A stretch of 64,000 nt of DNA from an uncultured Bordetella sp. (GTDB taxonomy: Bacteria > Pseudomonadota > Gammaproteobacteria > Burkholderiales > SG8-41). The notes below the pieces were generated by a model. The model was not told the DNA's origin, ran no database searches, and saw only the letters and a program-made list of their open reading frames with translations. Shown here piece by piece: positions 19,282 to 27,287 of this stretch (position 1 is the stretch's first letter; each line of letters opens with the position of its first letter). The stretch spans positions 5,988-69,987 of the forward strand of contig CAZSIR010000001.1 in the NCBI GenBank assembly GCA_964606765.1. The letters are read 5' to 3'. The position numbers and the translations under genes are program-made.

Positions 19282-19827
19282 ATGCGCATGTTGATCCGGC
19301 CTGCGGCTGCAGGCGACATGGTGCGGGTGCAGGCGATTTACGCCCACCACGTGCTGCACGGCACGGCTTCTTTCGAGGAAGTGCCGCCGGATCTTGCCGA
19401 GATGCAGCGCCGCCGTGACACCGTGCTGGCCGCCGGGTTGCCGTATCTGGTGGCGGAGGACGCTGGAGTGATCATCGGTTATGCCTATGCCGGGCTTTAT
19501 CGTTCACGCACCGCCTACCGGCATACCGCAGAAGACTCGGTTTACCTGGATCCGCAAATGACCGGCCGTGGTGCCGGCCGCCTGCTGCTGGCGCAGGTGA
19601 TGGCGCAATCCGCTGCTGCGGGGTATCGCGAACTGGTGGCTGTCATTGGCGACAGCGCCAACACCGCGTCGATCGGGCTGCATCGCGCGCTCGGATTCCG
19701 TGATGTCGGAACGCTGCGCAATGTCGGATTGAAATTCGGCCGCTGGCTAGACACGGTCATCATGCAACGCTCGATGGCTGCTGCAGAAGCGGCTGCCGCC
19801 GAAACGCGCGGCGGTGTTGCGGTCTAG
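19282..19827 (+). CDS. GNAT family N-acetyltransferase (phosphinothricin acetyltransferase-like)
   Basis: IRPAAAGDM..V..IYAHHVLHGTASFEE.PP, TGRGAGRLLL and NTASIGLHRALGF. Confidence 0.8.
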   Translation: MRMLIRPAAAGDMVRVQAIYAHHVLHGTASFEEVPPDLAEMQRRRDTVLAAGLPYLVAEDAGVIIGYAYAGLYRSRTAYRHTAEDSVYLDPQMTGRGAGRLLLAQVMAQSAAAGYRELVAVIGDSANTASIGLHRALGFRDVGTLRNVGLKFGRWLDTVIMQRSMAAAEAAAAETRGGVAV

Positions 19828-20096
19828 CGTTTTTCCGCGGTCACCCGGCCCTGCGCGTTGACATAGACCCGGTAGCGGTTTTTGTCGCTGCAGGTGGCGA
19901 GGTAGTCACGGTCAGCCTGGGTGACCACGCTGACGACCTGGCCGCAGGGCAGCCCCAGCACGGAAATGGTCGCCGTCAGGTCCTTGGCGAGGGAGGCATT
20001 TTCGGCTGCTGCAGCGGGCATGCAGGCCGCAGCCAGCAGCACTGCCAGTCCGAGGCTTTGCAGCAAGGCGGGAGAACTTCGCGGTGAAATTTTCAT
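19824..20096 (-). CDS. Small secreted hypothetical protein
   Basis: The signal peptide LGLAVLLAAACMPAAAAEN precedes a mature part of about 65 aa with two Cys. The start is uncertain (20096 or 20105). Confidence 0.5.
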   Translation of the reverse strand: MKISPRSSPALLQSLGLAVLLAAACMPAAAAENASLAKDLTATISVLGLPCGQVVSVVTQADRDYLATCSDKNRYRVYVNAQGRVTAEKR

Positions 20097-20117
20097 GTCG
20101 TCCATTATCCTGCGCAA

Positions 20118-20834
20118 TCAGATTTTTGCAAATTTGACCGGGTCGGTCAGCACGTTCCACAAGGCCTCGCGCGAACCCATGATGGCATTGGCCAGCGCCG
20201 GATCGCCGTCCTTCAGCAGGCCGTGAACCTTCGACAGCAGCTGGTCATAACTCTGGCGCAGTTGCGTCACAGTGACGTTGCCGCCGCCCTGGTGCAGCGC
20301 TTTGGCGCGGTTCAGCAGATCATCGACCTGGTTTTTCAGGGCGAGCTTGGTGAAGACGCCGATCGCGTCGGTATCCTTCAAGCGCTGTTCCAGCGTGGCC
20401 AGCGCCATCGGCGGCACTGCGGCCGGAGCCGGGTTGGCGACCGGGGTTTTCGGCTCGGGGCTGGCCGGTGCCGGCTTGGGCGAAACCGCTGCTGCCGTTT
20501 TGACCGGCGGCTGGACTGCGGCCCTGGTTTTGCCCGTGGTGGAAGCGGCTGGCACTGCAGTTGGTGGCGCGGTCGCCGGCGTTTTGGGTGTTGGCGCAGG
20601 CGGTTCGGCGGACGCTGCAGAACTTGCCGGGGCCGCAACGGAAGCCTGCGGCGGCGGCTCTGCAGCCGCTTGCGGTGGCGTGGCGGGCGCTGACCGCTGC
20701 GGTCCGGTCGCAGCTTGTCCGGTTGTGAGCGGGCTGATCGGTGGCGGCTCCGCCTTTTCTGTGTCAGGCAGCGCGCAGCCGCTCAACTGTGCCAGCAGCA
20801 GCGTCGCGATGACGTGGTTTGAATGTGAATGCAT
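20118..20834 (-). CDS. Lipoprotein with long Pro/Ala-rich linker, hypothetical
   Basis: Lipobox LAQLSGC, then about 120 aa of P/A/T low-complexity sequence, then a helical C-terminal domain. Confidence 0.6.
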   Translation of the reverse strand: MHSHSNHVIATLLLAQLSGCALPDTEKAEPPPISPLTTGQAATGPQRSAPATPPQAAAEPPPQASVAAPASSAASAEPPAPTPKTPATAPPTAVPAASTTGKTRAAVQPPVKTAAAVSPKPAPASPEPKTPVANPAPAAVPPMALATLEQRLKDTDAIGVFTKLALKNQVDDLLNRAKALHQGGGNVTVTQLRQSYDQLLSKVHGLLKDGDPALANAIMGSREALWNVLTDPVKFAKI

Positions 20835-21000
20835 CAGTAGTATTCAGTTTTTGTCGCCAGAGTGATGGACAGGGTTTGCCTGTTTCCTGAAGATAATTTG
20901 AGCGGTATTTGTGGCCGTGGTTCCCCCAACAACGCCGCTGACGCAGTTCCGTTATCATGCCGTGGTCGCTGGATGACGACAGCCTGACAACAGGAATACC

Positions 21001-21219
21001 GTGGAAACGCGCCAATTTCAACTCAATGATGAACATGTCCGGCTTTGCGATCTGCTGAAGCTCGCCGGCATTGCCGACAGCGGCGGACGCGGCAAGCAGC
21101 TGGTGGCCGAGGGCAAAGTCACTGTCGACGGCCAGCCGGAAAGCCGCAAAACCGCAAAAATCCGCGCCGGACAGACCGTGCTCTGTCACGGCATCCAGAT
21201 TCAAGTGCTGGCGAAATAA
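21001..21219 (+). CDS. S4-domain RNA-binding protein (YbcJ-like)
   Basis: 72 aa with a GTG start. The pattern LCDLLKLAGIADSGGRGKQLVAEGKVTVDG..E.RK..KI..G matches YbcJ-like S4 proteins. Confidence 0.75.
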   Translation: METRQFQLNDEHVRLCDLLKLAGIADSGGRGKQLVAEGKVTVDGQPESRKTAKIRAGQTVLCHGIQIQVLAK

Positions 21220-21230
21220 GAAATACGGCC

Positions 21231-21431
21231 ATGGATGCACGGCTTTCTGAAATTGAAATCAAGCTGAGCTTCAGCGAAGACCTGCTGGAGGAACTGAACC
21301 GCATCGTGGCGCGTCAGCAGCAGCAGATCGCGGCACTGGAACAGCAGCTGCGTGAACTGCGTTTGCAGATGCAGCGCAGCCAGCCTGCGGATGAGGGGGG
21401 TTCCGGCCACGAAATCCCGCCGCATTATTGA
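21231..21431 (+). CDS. slyX: SlyX family protein
   Basis: RLSEIEIKLSFSEDLLEELNRIVARQQQQIAALEQQLRELR is the SlyX coiled-coil pattern. Confidence 0.8.
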   Translation: MDARLSEIEIKLSFSEDLLEELNRIVARQQQQIAALEQQLRELRLQMQRSQPADEGGSGHEIPPHY

Positions 21432-21442
21432 CTGACTGAGAC

Positions 21443-22669
21443 ATGAACAAGCCGGAAAAACTGTCCCATCCACCGCTGCCGGTCGTCGAAGCGCAGGCCC
21501 TGGGCTTTGCGCCGGATCGCCTGCTGCGCATCGCCGCCGCGCTGAATGCGGAAATCGCGCGCAACGCGCTGCCCGGCGCAGTGCTGATGATTGCCCGGCG
21601 CGGCAGGCTGGCCTATTGCGAAACCTTCGGCCACCTTGATCCGGCTGCGCGAACGGCAATGCCTGCCGATGCGCTGTTCAGCATTGCCTCGATGACCAAG
21701 CCGCTGGTGACGGTCGGCGCGCTGATGCTGGCGGAGGCGGGACGGATCGGCATCAATGAACCCGTCGGAAAATATCTGCCGCAGCTCGCGCAGATGCAGG
21801 TCAATCCACCGCAATGCGACGGCAGCGCCGGTTCGCCGACGGTGCCTGTGAACCGGCAGATGACCGTTGAAGACCTGATGCGCCACACCGCAGGCCTGAG
21901 TTACGGCCGAGGCGACAAGGCCTTGTACGCGCGATACCCGTTTTCTTCGGATGTGGCGTCGACAAAATGGACGGGCGGGGAGTTTCTCGGCCAGCTCGCG
22001 GCGCTGCCGCTGCATTACCAGCCGGGTTCGATGTGGGAGTACAGCCTGGGCCTTGACGTGCTGGGCCTGCTGATCGAAGCCGTCACCGACATGCCGCTGG
22101 CGCAGTACCTGGACGAAAATCTGTTCCAGCCGCTGCGGATGCGCGATACCGCATTCACGGTGCCTAAGGGTGAGGTGGCGCGTTACGCCAGGGCGCTGCC
22201 GCTGGATCCGCTGACACAACAGCCGCAGACTTTGCGCGACGGCACCACGCCGCATAAATTCGATTGCGGCGGCGGCTGCGCGGTGTCGACCGCGGCTGAT
22301 TACCTGCGTTTTGCGCAGATGCTGCTGAACGGCGGCGAGCTTGATGGCGTGCGCGTGCTGTCGCGCAAGACCGTCGAGTACATGACCACCGACCATCTCG
22401 GGCCCGAAGTCGATCTGTCCAGGCTGAATGACTATCCCAACATCCGCGGTTATGGTTTCGGCCTGGGTGTTGCGGTACGGCGCAGTGCGGGCCGCGGCGG
22501 CATGCCCAGTTCCGCCGGCGAATTCCACTGGGCGGGTTCAACCGGCACTTATTTCTGGGTCGATCCGGCCGAGGCGCTGGTGACCGTGTTCATGGCCCAT
22601 GCCCCGGGCGCCATCCGTTATTACCATCGCCAGTTGCTGCACGCGCTGGTGCTCCAGGCCCTGGACTAG
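21443..22669 (+). CDS. Serine hydrolase, beta-lactamase/esterase (class C-like) family
   Basis: S-x-x-K motif in FSIASMTKPLV; YS.G...LG and W.GS.GT.FW C-terminal patterns. Confidence 0.85.
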   Translation: MNKPEKLSHPPLPVVEAQALGFAPDRLLRIAAALNAEIARNALPGAVLMIARRGRLAYCETFGHLDPAARTAMPADALFSIASMTKPLVTVGALMLAEAGRIGINEPVGKYLPQLAQMQVNPPQCDGSAGSPTVPVNRQMTVEDLMRHTAGLSYGRGDKALYARYPFSSDVASTKWTGGEFLGQLAALPLHYQPGSMWEYSLGLDVLGLLIEAVTDMPLAQYLDENLFQPLRMRDTAFTVPKGEVARYARALPLDPLTQQPQTLRDGTTPHKFDCGGGCAVSTAADYLRFAQMLLNGGELDGVRVLSRKTVEYMTTDHLGPEVDLSRLNDYPNIRGYGFGLGVAVRRSAGRGGMPSSAGEFHWAGSTGTYFWVDPAEALVTVFMAHAPGAIRYYHRQLLHALVLQALD

Positions 22670-22762
22670 GCAAAGGGAGGGGGGAGAAACCCCTTGCTGG
22701 TTCCGTCCGGCTAAGCCGTTGTTTTCATTGAAGGATGATCTGTACAGTGAGATAATGGCGCG

Positions 22763-23131
22763 ATGAATGATTCACAACCCCCATCCCAATCCCCGCGGGC
22801 GCGCATGCAGGAACTGCTGGCGATCCCGGACCGTAACCGTACCGATGCCGAGTGGGACGAGCTCAACGAGCTCGAAATCGCGCTGGCCTCCGGCAACCGT
22901 CCCGGCGCACCCGATCCGCAATCCCGTTCCATTCACCAGCGGCCGAACAATGGCGGTTCCGGACGCATGCAACAGGCCGGCGGCGGTAACCGCCCGCAAG
23001 GCCAGAACAAGGGGCCGGGCGGTGGCGGCGGTAAAAAATTCCACAAGCGGCCCGGCAAGCGTCGCGGCGGTGGTGGTGGCAGCGGTGGCGGCAACAACGG
23101 CGGCAATGCCGGCGGCGGTCCGGCGCAATAA
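22763..23131 (+). CDS. Hypothetical protein with Gly/Arg-rich C-terminal tail
   Basis: An acidic helical N-terminal part (TDAEWDELNELEIAL) is followed by a GGGN/RRGGGGGSGGG tail of about 55 aa. The coding call rests on the N-terminal part and the frame. Confidence 0.5.
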   Translation: MNDSQPPSQSPRARMQELLAIPDRNRTDAEWDELNELEIALASGNRPGAPDPQSRSIHQRPNNGGSGRMQQAGGGNRPQGQNKGPGGGGGKKFHKRPGKRRGGGGGSGGGNNGGNAGGGPAQ

Positions 23132-23195
23132 GCCCGGTTGCGCGGCGCGCAGCATCCAATTCCGTTCCCTGTCTTGAATTCCGGAATCAGCAGCC

Positions 23196-23471
23196 ATGGC
23201 CATGAAGCCCGCTGAACTGCAAAAGTTCAATGCGATGAAACTGGTGAACCGGATGAAAAACACCCCCGGCATCCGCGCCCTTCCCGGCGCGGACTCCGCG
23301 CCGGTGGATCGCCGTGAACAGCGTCGCCTCGATCAGGCCGCGGGCCTGGTGCCGTTTGCCGTCAAACTCAATGGCGACCTGATCCGGCAAATCCACGCCC
23401 TGGCCAGCCAGCGCAAAACCGCGGTCAATGAACTCGTTGCCGAACTGCTGCAAAAAGCGCTGAAAAAGTAA
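23196..23471 (+). CDS. Hypothetical small protein with ribbon-helix-helix-like C-terminus
   Basis: PFAVKLNGDLIRQIHALASQRKTAVNELVAELLQKALKK resembles a CopG/RHH fold (beta strand plus two helices). Confidence 0.5.
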   Translation: MAMKPAELQKFNAMKLVNRMKNTPGIRALPGADSAPVDRREQRRLDQAAGLVPFAVKLNGDLIRQIHALASQRKTAVNELVAELLQKALKK

Positions 23472-23489
23472 TTTAATCCCGTGCCGGAT

Positions 23490-23909
23490 TCAGGCGTGGT
23501 GCGCGCCGCCTGCCGGCAATTCCGCCAGTTCAATCAGACAGTTCTCCGTCGCCGACGGGTCAAGAAAGGCGATGCGGCAGCCGGCATGGCCGATGCGCGG
23601 CACCGGGTCCAGCAGCGGTATGCCCTTGGCCTTCAGTTCCGCCAGGGCTTCGTCGATGTTCTCGACTTCAAGGCAGACGTGATTCAGTCCGCCCTTGCCT
23701 TCGGCAATCAGCTTCGCCTGCTTGCTGTCCGGGGTCAGCCCCGCGATCAGCTCGACCATCGAATCACCGACCGGATACAGTGCGAGCCGGCGGGTCGCAT
23801 TGTCTTCAGTGCCTTCCAGCTTGATGCCGAAACAGCCTTCCCATAATTTGCGGCTGGCTTCCACATCGCGAACAACAATGCCGACGTGTTCTATGCGTTT
23901 GACTTTCAT
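23490..23909 (-). CDS. VOC family protein (glyoxalase / methylmalonyl-CoA epimerase-like)
   Basis: IEHVGIVVRDVEAS, LNHVCLEVENIDEA and RIAFLDP. RBS gggagga lies before the ATG at 23909. Confidence 0.8.
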   Translation of the reverse strand: MKVKRIEHVGIVVRDVEASRKLWEGCFGIKLEGTEDNATRRLALYPVGDSMVELIAGLTPDSKQAKLIAEGKGGLNHVCLEVENIDEALAELKAKGIPLLDPVPRIGHAGCRIAFLDPSATENCLIELAELPAGGAHHA

Positions 23910-24050
23910 GGTCCTCCCCCGTATTTGTCCGTCCTGATGACTGCGGCATGATGCGCCGGGAAATCCGCGCATTCAAGTGCGCGAGTCGTGGCGCCCAACA
24001 ACGGATGTCCTCGGTGTAACATGCGGGCACACCCGCAACACCGAGCACCC

Positions 24051-24479
24051 ATGACTGCCGATATCCAGCCCGCGCCTGCGCAATGGCGTTCCACAGTGCC
24101 GCTGTACATCCACCTCGGTTTCGAGCTTGATGCGCTGGGTGACGGACACGCCCAGGTCAGCCTGCGTTTTCAGCCGCATCTCGGCAATTCGCGCGGTGAT
24201 GTGCATGGCGGCACGGTGGCGGCGATCATTGATGCCGCGATGTCGCAGGCCGTGCGTTCGCTGGTGGACATGGAAATGGGCGTGGCAACCATGACCATGA
24301 ATCTCAGTTACCTTGCGCCGGCCCGGGGCCGTGTCGTCTGCAAGGGCGTGGTCATCAAACGCGGGCGCAGTATCATGTTCACCGAGGCTGAAGTGTTCGG
24401 CGAGGACGGCGTGCTCGCCTGCAGGGCCAGTGCCAGTTACCGTGTGCTGCCGAAAACGGTTTATCAGCAAAAGCCGTGA
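24051..24479 (+). CDS. PaaI family (hotdog-fold) thioesterase
   Basis: N.RGDVHGGTVAAIIDAAMS and the length of about 140 aa are typical of PaaI/YbgC-type thioesterases. Confidence 0.8.
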   Translation: MTADIQPAPAQWRSTVPLYIHLGFELDALGDGHAQVSLRFQPHLGNSRGDVHGGTVAAIIDAAMSQAVRSLVDMEMGVATMTMNLSYLAPARGRVVCKGVVIKRGRSIMFTEAEVFGEDGVLACRASASYRVLPKTVYQQKP

Positions 24480-24540
24480 CGGAGGCAAAACAGTTTTTGA
24501 CCAAACGCGGCGACATGCCGCGACAACCGGAGGAGGCGCC

Positions 24541-25107
24541 ATGAACAAGCCGCTGGGCAATGAAGATCTTTCCGAGAAACCGGGTGAACGCATCATCGAC
24601 CGGCCCGAGCTGCCGGCCGGCGGCGTGACCAACGAGAACGATGTGCACACCGAGGTGATTGCCGGTGAAATGCATCTTAAGCGCGGCATCATGGGCAAAT
24701 TCGAGGTATTCACCGACGAGGCGCCGCGCCTCGGCGGCACCGACAAATTTCCTTCGCCAATGACCTATCTGGCGATGGCGGTGGGCTTTTGACTGCTGAC
24801 CCAGGTTGCGCGGTACGCGCACATGATGAAAATGAAAGTCAGCGGCGCCAGCTGCCGCGTGCTGTTCCGCAAGCACCTTGGCGGCTCGGTGCTCAAGGGC
24901 ACGGTGTTCAACAAGTGGGAAAGCGTGGACACTTTTCTCAAGCTTGACAGCGACGAGCCCGAAGACAAACTGGCCCACCTGATCAAAAACGCCAAGGCGG
25001 GCTGTTTTGCCGAAGGCCTGATTGTCCAGCCGGTGCCGCTGAACAGCCATGTCGAGGTCAACGGCCGGCCGTTTCACATCGAGGGTGTGACGGCGGGTCG
25101 ACAATAA
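24541..25107 (+). CDS. OsmC/Ohr family peroxiredoxin-like protein interrupted by a single in-frame TGA (24790..24792) at the conserved Cys position; candidate selenoprotein or recent pseudogene
   Basis: ORFs 24541..24792 and 24823..25107 share one frame. The joined product reads ...GGTDKFPSPMTYLAMAVGF[TGA]LLTQVA...NAKAGCFAEG.... RBS aggagg lies before 24541 and a hairpin follows the TGA. Confidence 0.6.
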
Positions 25108-25145
25108 ATCCGCGACAGCGGATGGTTCATTTCACAGGAGTTTGC

Positions 25146-26138
25146 ATGCAGCACGCAAGGCATCACGGTTTCATCGCCGCCGCGGCATGGCTGGCCGCCA
25201 CGCTTCCCGCATTTGCCGCCCAGCCCGTTGCGGATCCCGCTCCCGGTTTCCCCAGCCGTCCCCTGCGCCTGATCGTGCCGTTCACGCCCAGCGGCCCGAA
25301 TGACCAGCTGGCGCGCATGGTCGGTGCGAAGCTGACGGAATCCTGGGGGCAGCAGGTGGTTGTCGACAACCGCCCCGGCGCCGGCACCGTCATCGGCACC
25401 GAACTCGCGGTGCGCTCACCGGCAGATGGACACACGCTGCTGATGATTTCACTCAGCACGGCGGTGAATCCTGTGCTGCAGAAAAAACTGCCGTTCGACA
25501 CGGAAAAGGATCTGGTGCCGCTGATCAACCTGGCGCTGTCGCCGAACGTGCTGGTGGTGCATCCGGGCGTGGCGGCGAGCAATGTCGCCGGCTTGCTGGC
25601 GCTGGCAAAGGCCAAGCCCGGGGACATCATCTATGCCTCCGGCGGTGCGGGCTCGACCACCCATCTGGCGGGCGAACTGCTGGCCAGCATGGGCGGCGTG
25701 AAGATGACCCATGTGCCGTACAAGGGCGCAAGTCCGGCAACCATTGACCTGCTTGGCGGGCGGGTTTCCTGCATGTTCGGCACCATTCTGCCGACCCTGC
25801 CGCACATCAAGTCCGGCAAGCTGCGCGCCATCGGCACCAGTTCGCTGCAACGCTCCCCCGTGTTGCCGGATGTGCCGGCGATTGCCGAAACCCTCAAGGG
25901 ATTTGAAGCGGTATCGTTCTACGGCGTTGCGGTGCCCGCGGGTGTGCCCAGGCCGGTGATGAACAAACTCAATTTCGAAATGGCACGCATCATTACGGCG
26001 GCTGATACCCGGGAGCAGCTGCGCCAGCAGGGCGCCGAAGCCGTGGGCAATTCGCAGGCGGAATTCACTGCATTTTTCCGCAGGCAGATGAGCAAGTGGG
26101 CGGGCGTCATCAAGGCCGCAGGCCTGCAGGCGCAATAG
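25146..26138 (+). CDS. Bug/TctC family substrate-binding protein
   Basis: ATG at 25146 follows aggag. FPSRPLRLIVPFTPSGPND, VDNRPGAGTVIGTE and HVPYKGASPA. Confidence 0.9.
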   Translation: MQHARHHGFIAAAAWLAATLPAFAAQPVADPAPGFPSRPLRLIVPFTPSGPNDQLARMVGAKLTESWGQQVVVDNRPGAGTVIGTELAVRSPADGHTLLMISLSTAVNPVLQKKLPFDTEKDLVPLINLALSPNVLVVHPGVAASNVAGLLALAKAKPGDIIYASGGAGSTTHLAGELLASMGGVKMTHVPYKGASPATIDLLGGRVSCMFGTILPTLPHIKSGKLRAIGTSSLQRSPVLPDVPAIAETLKGFEAVSFYGVAVPAGVPRPVMNKLNFEMARIITAADTREQLRQQGAEAVGNSQAEFTAFFRRQMSKWAGVIKAAGLQAQ

Positions 26139-26174
26139 CATAAAATAATCAATTAAATCAAATATTTAAAATAC
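26139..26174 (+). repeat. AT-rich dispersed element, copy C (core AATCAAATATTTA at 26156..26168)
   Basis: cataaaataatcaattaaatcaaatatttaaaatac lies directly after the TAG stop at 26136..26138. Confidence 0.8.
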
Positions 26175-26227
26175 CCCGCGAAGTTTGCAAGCAAAATACG
26201 GCTTCGCTTTACCGTTTGAGAGAGACC

Positions 26228-27232
26228 ATGATCCAGCCATTCAAAATGCGTATCCACGGTGCCGCACTCGCCTGCAGTGTGGTTCTGGCACTGTGTTTTG
26301 TTGCAAGCGCAGAGGCCGCAGAAGATGCCGCGAAGTATCCGTCCAAGGCGATCCGTTTCATCGTGCCGTTCCCGCCCGGCGGCGGCAATGACACCATCGC
26401 GCGCCTGGTCGGCCAGCAGATGGCATCAACGATGGGGCAGCAGATCATGGTGGATAACCGGCCCGGCGCGGCCGGCGCGCTGGGTGCGCAGATTGCGGCA
26501 ACGTCTCCGGCCGACGGCTACACCATTTTCCTCGCCGGCGTCGGCAGCCACGGACTGAATCCGAACCTGCGCAAGAAACTGCCGTACGACGCCGTCAAGG
26601 ATTTCGATGCGGTGAGCCTGATTGCCTCCGCACCGCTGCTGGTGGTGGTGCATCCGTCGCTGCCGGTGAAATCCGTGAAGGAACTGGTTGCTCTGGCCAA
26701 ATCCAAACCCGGCGCCATCAATTACGCATCCAATGGCACCGGCGGGTCCTCGCACATGGCGGTGGAACTCTTCGACATGATGAGCGGCACGAAAATGCTG
26801 CATGTGCCATACAAGGGACTGACCCCGGCGCTGACCGATCTGCTCTCGGGCGAAGTGCAGGTGATGTTTTCCAGCGCGGTGGCCATGCTGCCGCAGGTGA
26901 AGGCGGGGCGGCTGCGTGCGATAGCAATGACCGGCAGCAAACGTTCCGAAGCCATCCCGGATATTCCCACCGTGGCCGAAGCCGGCGTCAAAGGCTATGA
27001 AACCGGTTCCTGGTACGGCGTGGTTGCGCCGGCCGGCACGCCCAGGTACGCGATTGACAGGCTGAGCAGCGAAATCATCCGCATCACCAAATCACCGCAG
27101 GTCACCAACAAGCTGGTGGAGGAGGCGGTGATACCCGTGGGCAGCACGCCGGTCGAGTTCTCGGCCTATATCAAGTCGGAAATTGCGCGCTGGGGCAAGG
27201 TCATCAAGGCGGGACAGATCAAGATCGAGTGA
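26228..27232 (+). CDS. Bug/TctC family substrate-binding protein
   Basis: YPSKAIRFIVPFPPGGGND, VDNRPGAAGALGAQ and HVPYKGLTPA. The start is uncertain (26228, or 26246 at MRIHG). Confidence 0.9.
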   Translation: MIQPFKMRIHGAALACSVVLALCFVASAEAAEDAAKYPSKAIRFIVPFPPGGGNDTIARLVGQQMASTMGQQIMVDNRPGAAGALGAQIAATSPADGYTIFLAGVGSHGLNPNLRKKLPYDAVKDFDAVSLIASAPLLVVVHPSLPVKSVKELVALAKSKPGAINYASNGTGGSSHMAVELFDMMSGTKMLHVPYKGLTPALTDLLSGEVQVMFSSAVAMLPQVKAGRLRAIAMTGSKRSEAIPDIPTVAEAGVKGYETGSWYGVVAPAGTPRYAIDRLSSEIIRITKSPQVTNKLVEEAVIPVGSTPVEFSAYIKSEIARWGKVIKAGQIKIE

Positions 27233-27287
27233 TCGCGTTCGGGGGCACGGCTCCGGCGGATTCGCAGAGTGCGGGCCCTGCAGCGGC

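Noticed and set aside
21425-22528. 367-aa minus-strand ORF opposite the beta-lactamase-family gene
   Set aside because: The plus-strand frame carries the SxxK serine-hydrolase motif, so this one is a shadow ORF.
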